64,000 nt of DNA from Macrostomum lignano (lineage: Eukaryota), in the NCBI GenBank assembly GCA_002269645.1, contig NIVC01002927.1, positions 8,662-72,661 of the forward strand, given 5' to 3'. This document shows positions 1 to 54,777 of the stretch, one piece after another. The notes under the pieces were generated by a model that did not search any database, was not told where the DNA came from, and worked only from the letters and a program-made list of their open reading frames with translations. Numbering within the stretch: position 1 is the first letter of the stretch; each line of letters begins with the position of its first letter. The translations under genes were made by a program, and so were the position numbers.

Positions 1-70
1 AGTAGATAATAATGCTACACTAGATAGTACCTCGAGTGAGCCACTTCATAGAAGCTATTTCATCTATGGT

Positions 71-527
71 TAGGGGTCGGATGAGATCTCGATCTCGAGA
101 TCCGAGATCTCGGGGGTTTTCTCAAATCTCAATCTCGACTTCACAATCTCGAAAAAATGTCGAGATTTGAGATAAAAATTAAATGTTCGAAAAAACATTT
201 CAATCTATAAGAAGCATGCAACATCATATCATAGAGTTTGATGGTGTCAATGTCAATATTTTGTTTAAATTTTGCATGTTACGAAGAATACTTTTCTAAT
301 TTAAGACCCTATTAACTAAAAAATAGATGATAAAGATAACAAACAAATTTAATATATAGTTTTGAGAGTTTATAGTTTTTATTTTAATATTAATTTACTT
401 TATTTCACTTATTAAATATATTTTTTGTTCCACTATATGTCTTGAATCTTGATCAAATCTCAAATATCTTGAAGAGGCCAATCTCGAATCTCGAAAATCT
501 TGAAAATTCAATATCGTCCAACCCCTA
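71..527. mobile_element. Non-autonomous hAT-type DNA transposon (MITE), 457 bp
   Basis: TIRs TAGGGGTCGGATGAGAT (71-87) and the reverse complement of 511-527, TAGGGGTTGGACGATAT, match at 14/17. A perfect 8-bp TSD TCTATGGT lies at 63-70 and 528-535. Subterminal ATCTCG repeats are present and there is no ORF. An 8-bp TSD is characteristic of the hAT superfamily. Confidence 0.8.
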
Positions 528-3500
528 TCTATGGTTATTCTATAGACTATGCAAGTTGAAAAATTAGTTTGCAAAGTTCTGTAGTAAGATGTTGCTTGGC
601 CATAGGCATAATTATTATTGGGGCAGCAGGTCAGCTAGCTATAAATTGCTAGAAAGAAAACATATTCTTTTTAAATATCATAAAATATGCATTTAAGCAA
701 AATTAGGCACTTAATAATATATTAAATTTGTTTCCTATTATCTATTCTATCATTTACTAAGCTTAAAGTTACTTAAAAGTTTTTATTTTTAACAAAAATA
801 ATTTTATAAGCAAAACTACAGGATTGCCCATTTATTTTATATTTTTATAATGAGTTAAAACTAACAAAGCCAAGGGTAAATAAAGTATAGATAGGTATAG
901 TTTATGATATATATTTATATTTTATATAGCTTAGTATTTGTTATTGAAGTGGGGCAGAGAAATGAAAATTTTCTCGGTGGTTGGTTGGTTTGACACCAAA
1001 TTGGGACAGTTCTAACTTTTGAATTGTTGCTAATGTTAAGTTTGCAGAAATTAAATCCAAAAAATTGCATAGACAAACTCTAACAAAATTTCTCCTGTTA
1101 TTCTAGCTGCCAGGGTCCTCAATTCTGGGGGAGGGTAGTTTCAGTCGTAGGCAAGCAGTCTTCATTCTGCATGAGCATTCAGAGTGGGTCCTTAGACACC
1201 AAAACAGATGTACATTGTATGCTTGACTTATTACTGCGAGTAGAGTAGCACTGCCACCACCATAATTTATGTATTATGGAACATTAAAGTCTCAGAGCTT
1301 CTTTAAATCGAGAACTTGGTTATTTTATGCCCCACAGACAAATGACTTAAGATAGGCTATGGCTCTTAATTAGGTATTTAGCAACAGAAAATAAAATAAA
1401 TTAATGTTCATTTATTATAATTAACAGGATAGTTAGTTATTGAATGTTCCGGTTGACTTGACGACAAATGATACTGGGGGGAGCCATGGTGCGAGGCTTT
1501 AAATTAAAGTTGAAAGAGACTAAGCTAAGGTAGAGTACAAGTTGTGAGAGATGTATTAATGGGTATTATTCAACAGAGCACTAGCAACACAGAGTATTAG
1601 CAAAAATAGATAGGGTTACTAAATAATTCAAGAAAACAAGAAGAGGGGAAAGGTTACAGAGTTGGGCCAAATGAGGCCAATTAAATACAAATGGGGGAGC
1701 AGACGTTAGGCAAGGAGGTACAGAGTCTGGGGACAGGATGTGGACACTAGGGTCCAGAACATGGGGAGCAGAATGGGCAGATTGGGCCACAAATAGGGCG
1801 ACAGCAAAATGGGGGGTCCAACTCCAGTCCATAAAATTGTTATTAGAAAATTTAAAATAATAAAACATCAGTGGGAGTTCACACTACCACATTATTACTA
1901 ATAGTTATGCAATATATAAGGGATGTTTATAAGAAACAAGAATTGGACACATTTGCCTTTGTAATTAACATTGATAATAGAATACAACTGATAAGCACTT
2001 AAGAATATTTTTTATTCTGGCATATGCTTTCTATGATTTAGATTATCAGATAAAAAGCCTTATTGAATTAAGTTTTGAAAATCCACAGATGCACAATATT
2101 GATACTAAAAAAGTAGTCCAAGTGTGTGATATTGGAGACAAAAGAATGATAAGTATAATGACATGATTTGAAAAATTATAAAACATGGCAGAAAATGGCA
2201 GATAACAACCAATAGAAATATTTGGAAAATAAAGTAAATATTCTGAAACTCAATAGCCTACTCAGTCTTAAATGACAATTATAGTATTCCTGCAATACCA
2301 TATGTGCATCATGTTTCTAACATTGCTACCTGTTAACTATGATATGCTGTAACATGCAATACTACCCTGCTTTTCAACTTTAATTCTGTTGCACAATGTA
2401 ACATTGCTTGCCTTTCTTGAATCCACAATGTGACATTAGAAAATGTTGAAAATGCAATAGACAGCCATCTACAATTTGTTAATTTTTTCTAAAAAAGATA
2501 AGAGGAGACAGATAAGATATAGTAATACGATAAGATAAGAGATTGTAGTGGTTATAGTGGAACTCTATAGAGAAGTAGCAAGTAGTTCTTATTTGTTTCT
2601 TCGATCTATATATACTAATTGATAAATATAGCATTTTCATATCTATTAGGCCTGTTTTATTGGTTTTTCTGATTCTTCTTAGCCTATGCACAATAGAATA
2701 TAGTCTAGGAAAAAAGTAAAAAAAATTAAAAAAATTAGAATGTTCTGTTCTGGATCATGTTTTGCACTGAGAAAATGTTTTAATATGTCTGTAGCTTTAA
2801 GTCCCATGTCTGTCAAATACTTATTGCAGGTAATAAAATAAAATAATATTTATTATAATAAAATGAATAGATATTATTTATTTTATTTTAATATTCAAAT
2901 TATAAGATATTTTGTTAGCAATTAATAGTAATTATAGTTTTCCACATCTGAACTTGTCTATTAGGATGGCTAGTTAATGGCTAAAATTATGGAATTTATA
3001 TGTTGGATTTTGTTCTTTGCTAGTTTCTTAGGTAAGGTTTTTGGGCATCTTATCCATTTTAAAAACCTTGATTTTTTTAGAATATAGCTATCATAAAGAA
3101 AACACAAATCAGCTTAGAATTAAAAAGCTTATAGTCACCGCTTATAGTTAAATTATAGTTATAGTTATAGACTATAACTATATAGACTATATAGACTATA
3201 TAGTTATAGTTATAGTTATAGACCAATTATAGTTATAGACTTAAAAAACAGGTTGTCAAATTTAGGCAATCGAGCAAAACTTTTTAAGATTTCAACAATT
3301 GCAATATTAAATGCTATTAATATAGTATTTTTGTTTATTTAATGATATTTAAAAGTTATTAGCAACAAATTCAAAAAACAGAAAGATGCCCAAAAATGGC
3401 TGATTTTCTAAGTAAGGGATTGGTGCTTCATTTTATAAAAAGATGGTACACTTGTATTGATAAAATTTTGCAATGCTAAACTATTAAATACTGCTGCTTC

Positions 3501-3602
3501 TGCTTAGAGTGGTTAATGTGGCTATTCATTTATTTCAGCTTAATTGTCATGAATTTATTGGTTGAATTTGCTGAATAATTAGTCAACTATAAATTAGTTA
3601 CC

Positions 3603-5660
3603 ATGCTGTCGCGAGGTGGTAAAAAACACCTTGGTTCAGGCCTTGGCGGCGTGAGCATCGGCATTGATGGTCGCTACATTCGCAAAGAATTGCCAACAAC
3701 ATTTCAACAGCCGCCAGTGCCAGATTCTGCACTGATCAGTTGCCATGGTAATAGGCAACGGCCTCTGATGCCTATTGTGCCATTGAATCATGTGACTGCT
3801 GCGCCTGCATCAACCGCAGCCGGTGAAGATCTCCTGCCTCCCGGCTGGTCCATCAACTGGACAATTCGAGGCAGGAAGTACTACATTGACCACACTAACC
3901 GCACAACATCCTGGAGCCACCCGCTGGCTAGGGAGTCTCTGCCCAGCGGCTGGGACCGGATTGAAAGTCAAGAGAAAGGCATCTACTATGTCAAGTGAGG
4001 ATTCTTTCCTCTGTATCAGCCGGGATTCTTTACGATGACTGGCCTGTCTAGCAACTGAGGATCTAAGAGGCTGGCCCAGGATTGAGGATCTGGGAGGCCT
4101 GCCTAGCAACTGAGGATCTGGGTCCTGGTAGGCTGGCCCAGCAATTGAGGATCTGGGAGGCTGACCCAGCAATTGAGGATCTGGGAGGCTGGCCCAGCAG
4201 CTGAGGATCTGGGAGGCTGGCCCAGCAATTGAGGATCTGGGAGGCTGGCCCAGCAGCTGAGGATCTGGGAGGCTGGCCCAGCAGCTGAGGATCTGGGAGG
4301 CTGGCCCAGCAACTGAGGATCTGGGAGGCTGGCCCAGCAACCGAGGATCTGGGAGGCTGGCCCAGCAGCTGAGGATCTGAGAGGCTGGCCCAGCAACTGA
4401 GGATCTGGGAGGGCGGACCACCAAGTGCACATCTGGGAGGGTGACAATGGCCCAGTATGCAGGTCAGAAACCCAAACTTCAGAAGTGATGTCATTTACTC
4501 TCCCACTCCTCACCACTGTTGAACAGTCGAGTGGCCAGAACGGTGCAGTACCATCACCCCGGCCTGCCATTCAACGGTATATCAGTACCCACAGCAGCTC
4601 AGCAGAAGCAGCAAATGGCCGGGCCAAAACAGACCTCCTGGTTGCTAGGCAGCGATGGAAATTCTCCTAGGCGACCGCCGCTGCCCGTTAGCGAGCCAGT
4701 GGAACCCGCAACTGTCACTGTAGAGTCATCTGGAGATCAAGCTGCAATTAAAAAGACAGGTAATTTGAATAAAATAATCACTTTTTATTAGGCAGGTACA
4801 CATACTTCAGTTTAGTTTTTAAGAATAATTTCCCCACTTTTCATGTTTCCTAGAAATATTCCGTACCTATCCATGTTTCTTAGAAACGATCTAAATTCTT
4901 ATACTTTTCTCAAGATCTGCTAGATTTTAGCGTTTCTTAGAATTTTCCAAGATTAGATTGTTTTTTTGTTAGAATTATCAATGAATATTTGTGTCTCTTA
5001 GAATACATGTTAAATTTTCTTTAAAAAATCGTTTAAAATAATTAGTTTCTTAGAATCATCCATAAGTATTCATTTAGTAAAAGCGCTCTAAAGTAAGCTG
5101 CTTTTCTCAGGAATTGCCAAATTTTGAGCGTTTCTTGAAAAATCCCTAGAACGATGGTTTTTTTTTAGAATCGTCCGAAATGTTTCGCGCTTCTTAGAAC
5201 CGCATTAGTGACATCGACAGACTACATCACATAGTTATGCATCATGCGAACGCGAACAAACTCACTTGGTTTCTTAGAATGGTATTCAAAATTGTTGGTT
5301 TTTGTTAGAATCGGCTCATTATTGTGCTTCTTGGAATTGGTGTTAAATTGTTGCAGTTTCTAAGAAGGCTTTTCTAAGAATCAGCTTAATATATTCTAAG
5401 AAACCTTTCCAGACCTGGAGTCGTTTCTATCCGTGTACGCCAGAGCGCCAGCAGCCTACGACAATCGAATTAATTGGGGCGCATTCTCGTCGGACGAATT
5501 GGAACGCGCATCGGACCTGCTTGGCCGAATGGCTAAACAGGAGGCCGAGTCCATTGTGGCGGCCTACGAGCGCTACAGGGTGGCGCTGATTGCCAGAAAG
5601 CGGGCAATGGAAGACTGCGGCGGATGTGCAGACTCGCATCGTTACTCGTCGCTGCTCTGA
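3603..5660 (+). CDS. SAV1: Salvador homolog (Hippo pathway scaffold; WW-WW-SARAH), ~290 aa; exons 3603-3994, 4527-4759, 5413-5660
   Basis: The N-terminus [14 protein letters not shown] resembles SAV1 MLSR..GKYVKKE..LMP. WW1 is [30 protein letters not shown] and WW2 is [19 protein letters not shown]|[11 protein letters not shown]. The SARAH domain is [37 protein letters not shown]. Both introns are GT-AG with consistent phases (2, 1). Confidence 0.95.
4030..4410 (+). repeat. 28-bp minisatellite (GCAACTGAGGATCTGGGAGGCTGGCCCA) in salvador intron 1
   Basis: About 13 tandem units. The same family occurs at ~47985-49245 (reverse orientation) and ~49894-49970. Confidence 0.92.
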
Positions 5661-5929
5661 TTACAATATTGTCCGCCCGGTATTTTCAGTTGCGCTCGTA
5701 AATTTCAGCTGAGTACAATAACAGATGCTCTTTTTTATCGAGTTACTTTGTAATTCTATAAGTATCTGCCTTAACTTACATTCCTTGGCGCTTTTGTCTT
5801 AAATATCGATCCAAAAGTCTCCCTAAGTCATATATATCCCTAAATATTTCTAAATCCTACCTTATAAGGTATAAGGTATAATTATAGATCTTTCCAAATT
5901 CCACACATTTTAATTTCCCTAAACTCTAC

Positions 5930-7130
5930 CCCATAAATCTCCCAAAATTTCACATTTAAATCACCCGAAATTTTACCCATATATCTCCCCAAATTTCATC
6001 CATAAATCTTCCCAAAGTTCACCTCATAAATCTCTCCAAACTTCACACCATAAATTTCTCCAAACTTCACACCATAAATCTTCCCAAATTCTAACCATAA
6101 ATGTCCCCAAATTTCCCCCCATAAATCTCCCCAAATTCCAACCATAAATGTCCCCAAATTTCCCCCCCATAAATCTCCCCAAATTCCAACCATAAATCTC
6201 CCCAAATTCCAACTATAAATCCCCCCAAATTCCAACCATAAATCTCCCCAAATTCCAACCATAAATCTCCCCAAATTCCAACCATAAATCTCCCCAAATT
6301 CTAACTATAAATCTCCCCAAATTCCAACCATAAATCTCCCCAAATTCCAACCATAAATCTCCCCAAATTCCAACCATAAATCTCCCCAAATTCCAACCAT
6401 AAATGTCCCCAAATTTCCCCCCATAAATCTCCCCAAATTCCAACCATAAATGTCCCCAAATTTCCCCCCATAAATCTCCCCAAATTCCAACCATAAATCT
6501 CCCCAAATTCCAACTATAAATCTCCCCAAATTCCAACCATAAATCTCCCCAAATTCCAACCATAAATCTCCCCAAATTCCAACCATAAATCTCCCCAAAT
6601 TCCAACCATAAATCTCCCCAAATTCCAACCATAAATCTCCCCAAATTCCAACCATAAATCTCCCCAAATTCTAACTATAAATCTCCCCAAATTCCAACCA
6701 TAAATCTCCCCAAATTCCAACCATAAATCTCCCCAAATTCCAACCATAAATCTCCCCAAATTCCAACCATAAATGTCCCCAAATTTCCCCCCATAAATCT
6801 CCCCAAATTCCAACCATAAATGTCCCCAAATTTCCCCCCATAAATCTCCCCAAATTCCAACCATAAATCTCCCCAAATTCCAACTATAAATCTCCCCAAA
6901 TTCCAACCATAAATCTCCCCAAATTCCAACCATAAATCTCCCCAAATTCCAACCATAAATCTCCCCAAATTCTAACTATAAATCTCCCCAAATTCCAACC
7001 ATAAATCTCCCCAAATTCCAACCAGAAATGTCCCCAAATTTCCCCCCATAAATCTCCCCAAATTCCAACCATAAATCTCCCCAAATTCCAACCATAAATG
7101 TCCCCAAATTTCCCCCCATTAAACTCCCCA
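5930..7130. repeat. 23-bp intergenic minisatellite (CCATAAATCTCCCCAAATTCCAA)
   Basis: About 45 or more units with recurring variants. It explains the MGRFMVGIWGDLW-type ORFs. Confidence 0.95.
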
Positions 7131-7849
7131 AATTACACGTTACAAGAGCACAAAAATTCAATCAGGTTTTTATTACTCACATTTCAGCTTTTTTACTCAA
7201 TAGAAACGCTGCTTGTTTTTTGCTTTAATCTATTGCATTATTAGTAGTCTAATATGAATCTTGCAATAAAATCTAGTCGCTGAATTTCTTTTAGTTCTGC
7301 TTCACCTTCTACTGCATAATAGTAGGAGTTTATTACATGTGATTATTATTTAAATATTATTGCTATACATTTTATAATAATCTGCTGCATTCCATTTCTT
7401 TGTTCAGTTTTTTTATAACTACTTTTATGTGTACTACTAATAAGTAGGCAGATATTTTTGTCATTAAATTTGCAATTCTGCTATGCCCAACCGCTGTGTC
7501 TTAATGCCCTGTTCTCTTCGATCGCTCGGTGATGCTAGCGCTGTCTGTCTATTGTTATTAAAGTGAACTGGAATTTTCTTTATTTTTTTCAAGTCAATAT
7601 TGTGCAACAAGCAATCAGTTTATTTAGTTGACTATTCAATGTACATGTACTGTTTTAACTAAGTTGCAAAAATAAACACGCATCTTGATGTTTATTGTTT
7701 CGGATTTTTGATTGTTAAACAGAGAATACTATTGCTAGTTTTTTAATGAAGTTTTTATTCAATTTTTAATTCAGTTTTAGTATTCGCGAATGTTTTTTTC
7801 GGGAACTATTAAGTGTGTGTAGGATGGAAACACTGAAGTTTAGTTGGGA

Positions 7850-8270
7850 AAAAATGGACACACTGAAGGTCAGTTAGGGGATATAATTGAGCCACTGATG
7901 GTCAATTAGGGGATCGAATGGACACTGAAGGTCAATTAGGGGATCGAATGGACACTGAAGGTCATTTAGGGGATGGAATGGACACTGAAGGTCATTTAGG
8001 GGATAGAATGGACACTGAAGGTCATTTAGGGGATAGAATGGACACTGAAAGTCACAACTGAAGGTCATTTAGGGGATAGAATGGACACTGAAGGTCAATT
8101 AGGGGATCGAATGGACCCTGAAGGTCATTTAGGGGATAGAATGGACACTCAAGGTCAAATAGGGGATAGAATGGACACTCAAGGTCAAATAGGGGATAGA
8201 ATGGACACTCAAGGTCAAATAGGGGATAGAATGGACACTCAAGGTCAAATAGGGGATAGAATGGACCCAC
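7850..8270. repeat. 30-bp minisatellite (GAATGGACACTGAAGGTCATTTAGGGGATA)
   Basis: Tandem period of 30, about 13 units. Confidence 0.92.
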
Positions 8271-8481
8271 TGAGGCTCAGTTGGGGCGACAGAAATGAAG
8301 GACACTGAGAAAATATTTAAAAGTTCAGTAAGATTTTGAGCAAAATTGTAAATGCGTTTGATTTCAATGCTTCAATTTCTGTAAGGCCAAAAATTAGAAC
8401 TCAATTTGGGTTCCACGCGGTACAAAAGGGATACCAAAGTGCCAGAGATACTGAAGTTGTGGCTCCCGGATTGGAAAGCCA

Positions 8482-51272
<42,791 letters not shown>

Positions 51273-51499
51273 ACTTTTTGCCTTCTTAAACTACTGTTTC
51301 TGTGCCAAGTGCTTTAAAGTTTTCGTCGATCGCAGAAAAAAACTTACTTGCCAAATTTGCTCTTGTTTTTTCAGCAATAATTAGTACTTGATTGATTTTA
51401 TAACCCAGTTGCTTTGACCAACTAAAGGGTTGGTTAAAGTCGATTCGGAGTCCTTTGATTTTACCGCCTCGTTGTCTTAAACAAACTAGGTGGCTAGAG

Positions 51500-52060
51500 G
51501 AAGAAGTGGCTGGCTTACTTGGTCAAATTTGGTTTATTTTTATGACCCCGTTGCCTTAATTGGTGGCTTGAGGAAGTGGCTGGCTGACTTGGTTAAAGTT
51601 GGTTAATTTTTATGACCCCGTTGCCTTAATTGGTGGCGGTTAGAGGGAGTGGCTGGCTGACTTGGTCAAAGTTGGTTAATTTTATGACCCCGTTGCCTTA
51701 ATTGGTGGCTTGAGGAAGTGGCTGGCTGACTTGGTCAAAGTTGGTTAATTTTATGACCCCGTTGCCTTAATTGGTGGCGGTTAGAGGGAGTGGCTGGCTG
51801 ACTTGGTCAAAGTTGGTTAATTTTATGACCCCGTTGCCTTAATTGGTGGCTTGAGGAAGTGGCTGGCTGACTTGGTCAAAGTTGGTTAATTTTATGACCC
51901 CGTTGCCTTAATTGGTGGCGGTTAGAGGGAGTGGCTGGCTGACTTGGTCAAAGTTGGTTAATTTTATGACCCCGTTGCCTTAATTGGTGGCGGTTAGAGG
52001 GAGTGGCTGGCTGACTTGGTCAAAGTGTTTATGACCCCGTTGCCTTATTTGGTGGTTGCT
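51500..52060. repeat. Tandem repeat with largely alternating 69/72-bp units (141-bp dimer)
   Basis: TTTATGACCC anchors at 51681, 51750, 51822, 51891, 51963. Confidence 0.9.
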
Positions 52061-54777
52061 ATAGGAGTGAATGGCGGACTTAGAGATAAGGTTTCGGCCT
52101 GTGGAGGATATTTTTTATTCTATCGTTATTTGTCGATATTCAGAGTTGTTATTATTGACTTCATTTCAGTGTAAGAATTCATTATCAAGAGAGGCTTAAT
52201 CATATATCTTGTTCGGAAAAGTTACTTCAATTCCTTCATATCTAAATCTATCAAAAAACGATTAATATTTTATTAACTTTCTGCAATTCAAATTTGTTGC
52301 GTATCTTTCTATGATTATGATTTGCAGTACCAGTGTTCCTTTACTATTCTGGTCTGTACATGTTATCTCTTGCGTAGGTGTAAAATCTGGAGATTCTATT
52401 TATTGTGCCACAATAATAAAACCATTTCCAATAATGTTGTTTTTCGGTTGCTCTAAAACAAGTGATAATTTTGGTTTAGCGTCAGGTAAGTTCAGTTAAG
52501 ATTTTTCTCCCAGATTCACTGTTAAAACGTTGCCTATTCGTATTGCACTACTGACATGTTTTTCATCAGTATTATCGAATGCGCAAATTTAATTCCAATC
52601 TACTTAAAAATGCGATGATATCCTAGAATTTCACGCAAATTTTCGATTTTAATCTCATTTATTTTATTAGTGCTTCCCTGGTAAATAATATGTTTTTTAA
52701 TCTCCACCGTAAAGAACTGAAACAGGAAAATATAGTTTTGTCCTGAGGGTTTTACTCAAAAGAAAAACTAAATTAAGTTTTTAAAATTAATTTTCCTTCA
52801 TAACTAAGGATGTAAAATATAAGAACACTAAATTTTCTTAGCAATTTTCGTCTTAATAATTCACAAAATACCGACTTTCTCCATTTTTAACGACTGATTT
52901 GAACGAACGATTTTTAACGACAAAATGAGCAACTTACCTAACGCAATATCATGCAAGGACAGTTTGCACTTTTGGATAGAACTGAATTGTTACAAATCGT
53001 TTTGATATATTTGTTAGGTAAATTTCACGATTTGTTGTAATTGAATATGCTTAAAAATCGCGGCCATTTTTGTTTAAATTGTTCGATTAACAACCCCTTG
53101 CCGCAGTGAATGAATAGTCAATTACGAGCGTAAAAATCTGAAAAAAAAATTATAGAGATAAAATGACTTGCTTACTTTTACTATGGTGGGCAAGTAATAG
53201 TTCGAATTTAAAAGTATTTCTTAAAGCACGGCAACTAGAAATTGGTGACTACTTTTTGAGTTGTTTAAATACATGCTCGAAATATAATTTTAGGTATCAA
53301 AAAATTATTAACTTAAAAATAAAAATACTGAATCTGCCAGACCACTATGCATCAATTCTTACTCGATTATCATTATAACAAATAATAGCAATATTAGATT
53401 ATTATGAGCAAAATGGACAAGACAAAAATTATAAATTGAGTATTATGTTGCCACTGAGAGTTAAGTGTGGTGGAACAAGATCTGTTCAACCTAACCTAAC
53501 TGTACCTCGCACAAGAAAATAGTGGAGTTAAATAAAAAACTATTTGGGGCAAAAAGTTTTCAAGACGGATAATTGAGATAAATTAGTGTTGAGCTGCAGA
53601 TTATCATAGATTCATAGAACCATACGGACTATTCTGTACAGCCTGCACGATGAACTCCATGTAAAAAATATTTCTGAGATTCGTCAAAGAACAGAAAACT
53701 GCATGGGTTTCTAGAATCTCTACAGGGTTTAGTTTAGTTTAGTAATACAATGGGGGGGGCACAGTGAGTGCATGGCTCGAATCCTACCAATGTTTTAGTG
53801 ACACGTTTTCACACTTCCTATGGCTAGCTAATAATCAATACACGGCAGCAGATAAAATAATATGATTCGCATGCAAATGACAGGTCTGACTGAAAATCAT
53901 AAACAAGTAAGAAAATATCAAATATTGATAAATGTACATATAGATACACTTGCATGAATATTTCTTATAGAAAAAGTATTGTATTCCAGTTGCCATTCAC
54001 AAGTAATGTAATATGTAGATTTTTTATCCAATATGTACACCAGCTGCTTTTAGAAACTAGAAGATAAACTACAGGGTAAAGGTTAGCTTTTGTGATTTCA
54101 GTTGGATAGAAGACGGATGTACAAACAAACGCACAACAAAATATATTTAAAATAAAAGCAGAAAAAATAAGGAAACATAATTACGCAATGTACACCTTAG
54201 GAGGGCGAGAATATTGGGCGCGTTGACTGTCTCAATGGTTGATAATTGATATCTCGACAGTATCAAAAACCAAATGATTAGAAACTTATAAAACCTTACT
54301 AGCTTGTCATACACACAATACAGATTAATGCTTTTTTCACAAGTTTAAACCGAACGAAGAAATCATTTGCCCTCTCTCACCAAGAGTTTTCTTATCACCC
54401 CGTTTGATAAGAATGTACACTAGGGTGGGCGTGGAGGAAGGGGTGTACATCGATCGATAATAAAAAGGGGTAAGAGTTGAATGTACACTGCGCTTGAACG
54501 AACCTCTATATTTGGATTGGAAGTGGGTTGCTTTTTATCTAGCCCCCACCCCCTCACCACAGGAATTCTAGGCAAACCAATCGTCACAGACCATGCAGGC
54601 CTTGTTTACAACCCACTCAAAACAAATTTAATTACTCAAAGTGCGACTATAGAGACAGACTAGAGTGGACAAAAATAAAGTAGTTACATGTAGCATGGCA
54701 TGACACATGGCAATTGTTTCTTTGGTTTTAACACAGGCGTCAGTTTGTGATTGAAGCGATTTCGACAAAAGTTAGCT

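Noticed and set aside
1581-2691. Short minus ORFs (95 aa, 70 aa) upstream of salvador
   Set aside because: No recognisable domain or convincing splice chain.
5996-7161. Many overlapping ORFs of 60-143 aa (MGRFMVGIWGDLW...)
   Set aside because: Translations of the 23-bp minisatellite.
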